A DNA stretch of 64,000 nucleotides from Paecilomyces variotii (taxonomy: Eukaryota), in assembly GCA_004022145.1 (NCBI GenBank), contig RCNU01000014.1; one strand, given 5' to 3'. The notes under the pieces were generated by a model. That model saw only the letters and a list, made by a program, of their open reading frames with translations, did not search any database and was not told the origin of the DNA. Positions within the stretch are counted from its first letter, which is position 1, and every line of letters begins with the position of its first letter. Below, piece after piece: positions 55,735-64,000 of this stretch. The position numbers and the translations under genes were made by a program.

Positions 55735-58700
55735 AGGCATCTTTGAATCCTTCCCCTCCCCTAAAAAAGACGCCCTTATCTTAAGTTCACCCTCCTTCTC
55801 TTCCTATTATAGCACTAATATTTATTTTACTATTATTCTTCTATTTCTTCTCCTTTTAAACTGGCTCCTTATCTTACTTTACTGCCAGCTTTCTACTTCC
55901 CTCCTTTTAAGCTAATATTTTTAGAAGGAGGATATTAGAACTATAACTATATATTCCGATCCAGGTAATATCTAGTCCACATTATTATTATTATTACTCA
56001 GTTGCTGATTTTCTTGCTCAGGTACTATATTATTACTTATAGTTAGTATTTTATTTTAATCCTCTTATAGATAGTAGCCTTTTAAGTAATTCCTATAAAT
56101 CGGGTCCTTAAAAGATATGCTATCTAACTCCTTAAGCTTATAAGATCCTTTCCTAAGGACTTCTTTAATCCTATATGGTCTGAGCCAGCAGTATACCAGT
56201 TTTGCAGAGTAAGATATCTTGAGCTTTATATTATAAAGCAGAATAAGCTATCCTTCTATTAGTTATTCTTCGCAAAGCTGTTTCTTATTGTCAAAAACTT
56301 CCTTGCCAGCTTCTCTTATGCATTAAACGCGAAGTCGGGCCTCTTCTATATCCTAATCTCGGAGCTCTATCTATTATACGCGAAGGAGTAGAAGATCTTC
56401 TATAATCCTAACCTTATCCCATGCTAAAATCTTTTAGATGGACACTTCTAGTTTGATTGGCAGTACAGCATTATATCTTATAATTGCTCTGAATAGTGTT
56501 AAGCCTATAGAAGTCTTAACTATATTCTTATCTGCCCAGATTACTGCCGATAGATAGTTTATCTAATTTATTCTTATTCCTTTTGCAAGTTTTCTGATAC
56601 TACGTATAAAGGACTTATATATGACTTTAACTGCTTTGTTTGCTTACAAGTTATATAGCGAGACTTTAATATAGTTAATCTTATATTTCTGTACTAATAT
56701 GTTAACTACAGCTTTATTCTCCAGTCCTTTATTATTAATAAGTGTCTCTATTACTCCCTAATAATAAATCTAGTCTTTCTACAAGAATTTAGCAATAGCT
56801 CCTAAAGTAGGGCTATTAAAGGCTTTATATTTGACCTAGCCGAAATTATCCCAAAATACAGCAATATAAGTCTTTCTCTTGCTAGGCGGCATAATCTTGC
56901 AGATATCTAGATATAGCTTTAATCTCCCTGATAGAATAAATATCGACCATAAAGCTTTTTCCATGCGTTCTTTATCTGCTTTCTAGCATTTATTATATAT
57001 CTTCACCTATCTAGCAACATATTTGTACAGGCCTTTCCATTAATATCAATTAGCTATCTTTTGGTAGGTCGCTTCATATTTATAATATTCATACTCTTCA
57101 TAAAGGGCTGTAAGAATTTCTTTTTATTTTTCCTTGTTGTTAACAACTATATGGCAAGGCTGATTTTGTTATACTCTCCAAAAAAGCATATTATCTTAGA
57201 CTATATACTTTAGGGCCTCTTTCTTAAACTTGGCGTACTGTCCTCTGTCTATATTGTCCGGTTTTATTATAGTTTATAACTATTCTATGATTAGTAAAGA
57301 CTTTTCTGACCAATATAATATAGGTATTAACCAAGGGATGCTGTCTAATTCCACCTCTTACACGCTAGTATAATAGACTATATAAAACTATAGGTCTAGG
57401 AATTCCTCTATATCATTATCTTCCGCCTCTTCTAGGTCTTGCTTTATTGCCAGCTTCCAAGATAACCCGTCTATGACTAAGTTCTTTTTCCCCAATATAT
57501 AGATAATATTAAAGTTAAACAGCTGAATCTAAGCAATCCACTAAGCAACTATTGACCTAAGGAGGTCTATAGCTGTCCTATTTAATTGCGCCACTAGAGT
57601 TTTTATATTTACCTCTAGTTGAAAGTGTATACTATATAGGTATGCTCAGAATTTGTGAAGCGCCTTTAGCACTGCCCTATACTTTAGCTTTCTTTTATTA
57701 TATTGCCTCTCTATCTATGTCTATACTCTACTTTTATATCTAGCTGGGTGTCTCTTATTGGACTCCTTTTCTTTTTAAGTAAGTTAAGCCTCCTATCTAT
57801 TGTTACTAGCATTAGTATTAATAATAATTATACCTCCCTCTCTATAATTAATTGGTTTAAGTGCTGGTACTGTTGTCAGGGCCACTTTTAAGGTATCTAT
57901 TACTTCTTATTATTCCAGCCCCTAAAAGAAGTCTTATCCCTTTCTCAATATTAAATATATCGGCTTAGCTTTAATAACATATCCTTTAATCTATATCTAG
58001 TAATAGGCTGTAACCCCCAGAAATCCTTTCGCTTCCCGTAAATTCTAACAAAGTAGTCACTCTAAGATCTTAATTACCTTAGCCGACTTAGGATATCTTC
58101 CTTTAGTGTTACACACATAGCCTATCACTTTAATTCCTGATACTGCGAATTATAATTTCTCCCCAATAATTATCAAACCTATAAGTTTAAGACTGCATAG
58201 TATTTTATCGATATTCTAGATATATTTAAATATAAACCTTCTGATTCCCAGCAGCGTCTCTTCCCCCCTATAATTAGTCTTAGGTCCTTATATTGGCGTA
58301 TTATCCAGAAATATATCACAAATATCAGGAATATTATCTGCCAGTACTCTTATAACTCCTTATATAAACTCCTATACTGCATTTGTCCATCCTTAGGGTA
58401 GTCTGGCTTAATAAACTAAACTGATCCCTAGTATATAGAAAGCTGTTAAGTCCCGCAATTCCTCAGCTAATTCTAACTGATTATACCTAAAGAACAAGTC
58501 TATAAGTATTAATACTAGTATTCTACTAAACTCTTCTAAGAACTCATTAGCTAAAGGGGGCAGATTAATGTCCTATATTATTATTTAATTAACTTCTATA
58601 GCCGTATTAATCAGGCGATATTTGCTATTTTTCTTTTTTATTAGGAACTATAGATTTTGGTAGGGTCCTTAACTGCGTTTAAGGATCCCCACATTTATCC

Positions 58701-59400
58701 TTTTTTTTATTATCCCTTATATTATGCTATAGAGTGCCTTCAGTACTAAGAAGCTCTTCGCCTATTATAGTTTGTAATCTATAGTCCGAATAATAATTAG
58801 AGGTGCGACTTCCGGGCACATTTATCCAATCTCTTTAAAGGTCTAGGCAAGGACTGCTTCTTAGGTGAAAAGCACCTCTGTTAACAGTTCTTTCTCTCTT
58901 GGCCATAAATCATTACCTATAATAAGGTTCTTCAGATAGTCTGGCGTCAATCTTATTCCTTTTTTAATATCCAATATCTTTAGCTAGATGTATTTGGTAA
59001 ATCCTCCGCGTATTTTTTTTATACTTCCTTAGGGATTTTTATAATAACGCTCCCTAATAATTTTTTTCTATCCCAATAATCCCCCTAGAGCTGTTATAGG
59101 TCCGTTTAATATATTTGCTGGACGAACCTTTTTATATTTCTTCTTATATTGTATATTAACAGAATATTTTATTTTTATAGTAAAAAAGTCATATCTTCTG
59201 AATAGTCTATACCCTTATAACCTTCTAACTCCTTTGTTTAATTCGGTAGGTTTAAATATCCCTACCCCTTTACTTTTAATTTCTTTGCTCGCTCTGAAGC
59301 TGATATTATTTACTAAATATAGCTCCTACAGGCCTTTTCTATTCCTAGTCCAGTGCCTGTTATTCCTTTCTGGCTTTAGTTTAATAACTCTTATGCCTGG
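55735..59400 (-). pseudogene. pol (RT-RNase H-integrase) of the nested element
   Basis: RT: LIDLFFRYNQLEL.EELRDLTAF...RLP*GWTNAV and IFLDNTPI*GPKTNY..E..LGIRRF (FLDD site ~58300-58311). RNase H: NASNN and RHPARYKS. Integrase: LYLDI, NKGLENKA and WLRPYRI. No chromodomain seen. Confidence 0.88.
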
Positions 59401-62050
59401 GATAATAGATTATATAATACCTCTTCTCTTAACTTATTTCTTGGGTTATCTATTGAAAATATCCAAATAATAGCTCAATTCTTTCGGTCTATAGAGTAAA
59501 TTATGCTCTCCACTATCCTATCTAATAGAGCAACATGCTGTAAATATATTTAATGCTTAAAAGGCTGTCCCAGAACATAATTATGGTTAATCTTATTATT
59601 TACTATAAAGAAAGGGACCTTGTAATAAAAAGATTCTATCTGTATAGGCACCTCCTCACAGAGACCTATAAAAGGGGTCTGCCTGCTATCTGCCAATATT
59701 ATATTACCTCCAAATTTCTAGCTTATGATAAGTTTATAGTGATTTGCTATATCTCTATATATTATATTAATTTCGGCTCCACTATCTACTATGATATTTT
59801 GCGCTTCCTTATAACCATTAATTCTAATTGGCAACTTCAGAGTTGCGGCCACATATAGCACCTTATCTTTATTAAAAGGCTTAAGTTATAAGGACGCGCA
59901 AGTGTACTGATCCGCACTATTCACTATATACTCTATATTTAATACAGAGGCATCAAACCATACTCCTTTAGTATTGTGGAATATTGCCTTTATTATTACC
60001 TACTGCGGTTGCGAGGTAAATAAGGCCTTGTATAAATTAGGAGATAGACTGATGAGGTCCCAAATTAACATCTGAACTCTAGTATCTAATATCTGGTTTA
60101 TAACCCCTATTATATTAGTAGTCCCTTTCAGCTTATCTGTAACTTTGAATCTTTTTAACTTCTGTTTCTCTTTTATCTTAATAGCCTTTTTATCCTTACT
60201 CTGCTTAGGCATATTCTTTATTTTTTTTTTAACTATCCTTATTTTCTCAGTTATGCTCGGAGGCTGATAATTACCAAATCGGTTTATCTTAACTGAAAGA
60301 AATCTTTATTCCTATTTAATTACTTTCTGTAGTTTTTCTTTATATAATTATTCAGTCCTGCTTTGCCTTTTCTTCACTTTTTAGGGCTTATCTAATCTTA
60401 TTATATTAATAAAGTAGTAATTTTCTACAATATCCCCGGCTTCTTCCTCAGAGCTCAAGTTATCCTTAGGCTGTCTCAGCATAATCGACTGGATATTATA
60501 CCCGATTGAGCTAATATTCCTTTACTCTTCCTTCAGTCTCTATTTAATAATCTCCTTTTACAATATATTCCCCTATATAAGATAAATAACTTCTCTATTC
60601 TGTCCTTCCGGCCTGAAATAAAGTTTATAATCTTTTCTCTAATGGACAAGCTTCTGATTTAGGAGGCTTTTCAAATCTGGGCAGTAAAATTAAATATAAT
60701 TAGGAGCCCAGCAGAAGTTATATAAGTTTAGAGGTATTCTAGATCCTCCAGTTAGGTTAAATCCTAAAGATGCCCTAGCTTATATATTTATATCAGCGTT
60801 AGACATACTATTATTAAGCCTCCCCATATACTGTATATTATACAGTTTTAACTTCTCAAACTCTTTTATTAACTGATCGATCTATAACTGCTCTATTGAC
60901 TTCACTTTAATGTTCTATTATTTGGTCCCACTCTTATTCTTATCTAGGTAGGTTTTATTAGGTTTAATAAGAAATTATGTGTTATCTTTTTTAGTTACCT
61001 TCTCCTTTGTTAAAGCCGCTATATCTTAATCTTTCTCTAGTTCGCCGCTGTCGAGGTAGCGAAGGGTTTTAGTTATTCTTACCCTATCTACTACCTCCTT
61101 ATAGAAATTAGTATATTTAATAGTAGATAAAATATAGTAGTCTATATTCAACTCTTAAACCACTTGCTGCTTAAGCTCCTCTAGAAGTCCTTAAAGATAT
61201 TAAACTCCCTATAAATATCGGCTTAACTTATCTGAAGTTACCAGCGCTTCTAATATAGCTTAATATTCTTAGTTATACTCCCTTAGGTCCTCAGAGCTAT
61301 TATAGTTCATATTTTTAAACCTTTCTAGCTATTAGATATTGTATTTCCTTTAATACTTATCATAATAAGCGTACTCTTATTTGGTCGCCTCTGCCAGTTT
61401 TGGGTAGTTCTTCTCTTTATATTTAGATTAAGTACTTATCTATAATAATATTAATAGGCTATAATAGTCCGCAAACTATTTAGTTTTTTCTTTTTCCGGG
61501 AGTTGATTCGCCTTATATAGCCTCTTAAAAAGCCTTAGGTAATAAGTAATATTATCCCTTTTAAAATATAGTGCCCTAAGATTTCCAGGCATCAGCATCT
61601 GCAGAGCTAATATAATTTAGATTAGCTGCGCTATTGATAGTCCTATATTTTTAGATACTCAAGCTGTCTATGTCTCTAGACCCGGCGATACTAAGGAGCT
61701 AAAAGTCCTTTTATCTTAACTAACGCTAAAAAGATTAGTGCTTTTCTCTATATTTTTTTAAAGGAATAGTAACAAAGATAATAGTAAGAAATTCTTCCAC
61801 TTTTTAATAAATAGTTCTTATTTAATAATTTCTTATTCCTTTTAAATTTCTACTTCCCTTTTATATTTGCTAAGCTCTTCCTTATATTTGGCAATCCTTT
61901 CTTTCTTTTATTGTTAATATATGTTTTCATCCTATATTATATTTGCTGTCTCTACTGATCTAAGAGGTATATTTATCTCTTTTTATTTATAGTGGTAATC
62001 TTCCTTAGCTGTTTTACTTATCTTTTTACTGCTTCTTACCCCTTTTCTTG
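59376..62050 (-). pseudogene. gag-protease of the nested element
   Basis: RIP-altered zinc knuckle YNFCWAPNYI*FYC (~60680-60725), DUF4100-like ILDTRVQMLIWDLISLSPNL (~60030-60090) and protease VDSGAEIN (~59770-59790); the last two are in the same frame. Start is approximate. Confidence 0.8.
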
Positions 62051-62136
62051 GCTTTGGCCTCGACCTCAGCTTCTAGTTTTCCTTTCTCCCTTATTTCTGC
62101 TTAATATTTTAACACCCCCCGTGTTTAGCTCTAATT

Positions 62137-62464
62137 TATTATGGAAAGATATATTAAGACTTAGCATAGAGTTTTTAAGCGAGTAGATATTAAGAAGAAA
62201 AAGAAGGGGATTTAGCTTCGGAGCTTAGAGTAGAGCTAGAGGAGAAGCTCTAGCTATAGACTGATATAATAAACCAATAATAATCTAATACTGAACTGAT
62301 ACTAAACAATAATAGAAAGGAAAAGCTGATTATTTTATTCTGAATAACTAAAAAGTATTATCTCCCTCTTCTCCTGCTTTGCTTGTAGACCTTTTAAAGA
62401 CTTCAAGCAAAAGCATATAACCTCTTGACTAATTACATTCTTCACACCGATCCTCCCTACTACA
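62137..62464 (-). repeat. 5' LTR of the nested Gypsy element
   Basis: 328 bp, matches 52225-52552, followed on the + strand by TSD ATAC. Confidence 0.93.
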
Positions 62465-64000
62465 ATACTACTAGCAGTATTGCCCTGCTAATAGCTATAA
62501 CTAGCTCTTATATCTATATTAGTACTTGCGCCTTTTAATAGTACTAAAAGAGCCTATCTATATATTCTTATATAAACAGTATTAATAATAGCCTGCTATA
62601 TATATACTAAGATTCCTTTTATTCTTAATATATACCTGTCTTAATATATTATATCTAATAATAAAATTACTCTATAGGCTTACTTAGCTTAATATAAATT
62701 AGTATTACTAGCTTTAAATCTAACTCTTCTTATAACTTATTTTTAATAGCCTTATTATTTATTATACTTACTTTTCTTAATAGTATAATCTTTTATATAA
62801 GATAATTATTTAATAGAAGTTTATTTACTATAGTAAATAAAAAGATTAAGTTTTATATTTATTAATAAGCCTTAACTAAATTATAATAAAACTCCTCTTC
62901 TAATAATTAATACTATTTATCTAAAGAATAAGCTAATTTATTATATATCTCCTTAAGTAGGTTTATATATTATACTAATACTCTGCCCTTTAAGTAAAAG
63001 GGTAAAATATTTAATACTATATATACTCCTTTATAAAAAGCTATAATCTTAATTCTCCTAGTAAAAAATTAAATATTTTTATCTATTAGGTTAAAAATTA
63101 TAATATCTTTTAGTTTTAACTATTATTAATATTATTTATCTCTATACTAGGATTTAGTATTATAAGGCTTTTTTTTTATATATTAGTCTCTATAATCTAC
63201 TGCTTTATATATATTATTTATATAATAAGCAATTATATAATTAGCATTGGCCTAATCTAAAGCTTAGTTAATATTAGCTTAATCTAAAGCTTAATTAGTA
63301 TTAGCCTAATTTAAAGCTTTTAGCTAATTATTCTTATATTAATTATCTTAATTCTAATTTTTTAACTATTATATTTAACTACTTCTTTAACTCCTTAATA
63401 TAATTTTCTAAATAATATTCTTATTCTAAAAAATATTCTAAGAAATATTATTAATAATTTAATTGCCCTATTATTAATAATAATAATATTTACTCTATAA
63501 ACTAAGTATAGCAATCTAGTCCTATATAGAATGCCTGCGCTTATTTAAGTAGGGATACTATTAGGATATTATAACCTATGCCTTACTATATTTAGTATTT
63601 CTATACCTCTATATAGAGGTCTTTTACCTTCTTTAATAGCATTATAACTAAGACACTATTTACTTATATTAGATTAGTTTATATTAGGTAATTATTAACT
63701 AATTTATAAAGATTATCTGTTAATTTATTATAATATATAAATAGCCTATTAATTAATACTGTATAAAATTTAAACTGCTTTATAATATATTATATAGGTG
63801 CCTTTTTATTCTTTCTTAACTTATCTATATTTATATTTTCCTCTTATATTAATTTTTATTAGTTGCTATATAAATTTAATATTATATTAGATATTATATT
63901 AGCAATACTTACAGCAGACATATATAATCCTATTCTTTAATCCCTATAGAAAAGGACATATTATCTAAATATTATATATAGAATTAGGATTATATATAAG

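Larger units (their letters stand above)
52225..62464 (-). mobile_element. Complete 10.24-kb Ylt1-like (non-chromoviral) Ty3/Gypsy LTR retrotransposon, RIP-inactivated
   Basis: Two 328-bp LTRs, termini TGTTGTAGG...CCTACTACA, 4-bp TSD ATAC (52221-52224 and 62465-62468), PPT next to the left LTR, PBS-like site next to the right LTR, gag-PR-RT-RH-IN relics on the minus strand. Confidence 0.92.
46181..64000 (-). mobile_element. Heavily RIP-degraded chromoviral Ty3/Gypsy LTR retrotransposon (host element; split by the nested insertion 52225-62464; 5' end beyond the window)
   Basis: Minus-strand relics: RT ~50400-50640 (YRGLK*..GFF*..YL*DFILVYINNIIIYS, i.e. YIDD after RIP); integrase ~48780-48960 (AIISN*D..F..AF*...TTVYYSSINN*LERIN, i.e. 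IISDRD...TTAYHP..DGQ.ER.N); chromodomain ~48110-48240 (EYKI..IL...YLIK*K...*EPIINL). PPT AGAGGGGGATCC at 46397-46386 abuts a TG..CA LTR-like end whose left limit (46181 or 46321) is uncertain. Confidence 0.8.

Noticed and set aside
53451-62186. Plus-strand hydrophobic ORFs in the AT-rich block (53451, 57703, 59234, 59553, 61992)
   Set aside because: Antisense artefacts of RIP-mutated minus-strand retrotransposon genes, not membrane proteins or env.
46300-64000. Mitochondrial insertion (NUMT) or contaminant as the cause of AT richness
   Set aside because: TpA saturation plus recognisable RT, integrase, chromodomain and LTR relics explain it as RIP-affected retrotransposons.

Overview
Eukaryotic, intron-containing genomic DNA from a filamentous ascomycete; the gene set and protein sequences look Eurotiales-like. 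Bases 1 to ~46.1 kb are gene-rich. They carry a partial SDR, a Zn-cluster-less TF-like gene, rps28, MED17/SRB4, tRNA-Ala(AGC), ISN1, a hypothetical gene, lunapark, a divergent 16-exon prolyl-tRNA synthetase, a MARVEL protein, NTE1, a GRIP golgin (IMH1-like), a GNAT, a TMEM16/Ist2 protein, bZIP kapC, a KojR/Rdr1-like Zn2Cys6 TF and a hypothetical protein with a riboflavin-kinase-like C-terminus. From ~46.3 kb to the end the DNA is abruptly AT-rich with a repeat-induced point mutation (RIP) signature. It consists of a heavily RIP-degraded chromoviral Ty3/Gypsy element with a second, complete 10.2-kb Ylt1-like Gypsy element nested inside it (52225-62464, 328-bp LTRs, 4-bp TSD ATAC). The most notable observation is that the nested element carries a third, ~930-codon reading frame between pol and the 3' LTR; it stays in one frame, is broken only by RIP-type stops, and its C-terminal part tentatively resembles a 2OG-Fe(II)/PhyH-like fold. 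Exon boundaries and translations were worked out by hand from GT..AG sites and recalled homolog motifs; no database searches were run.
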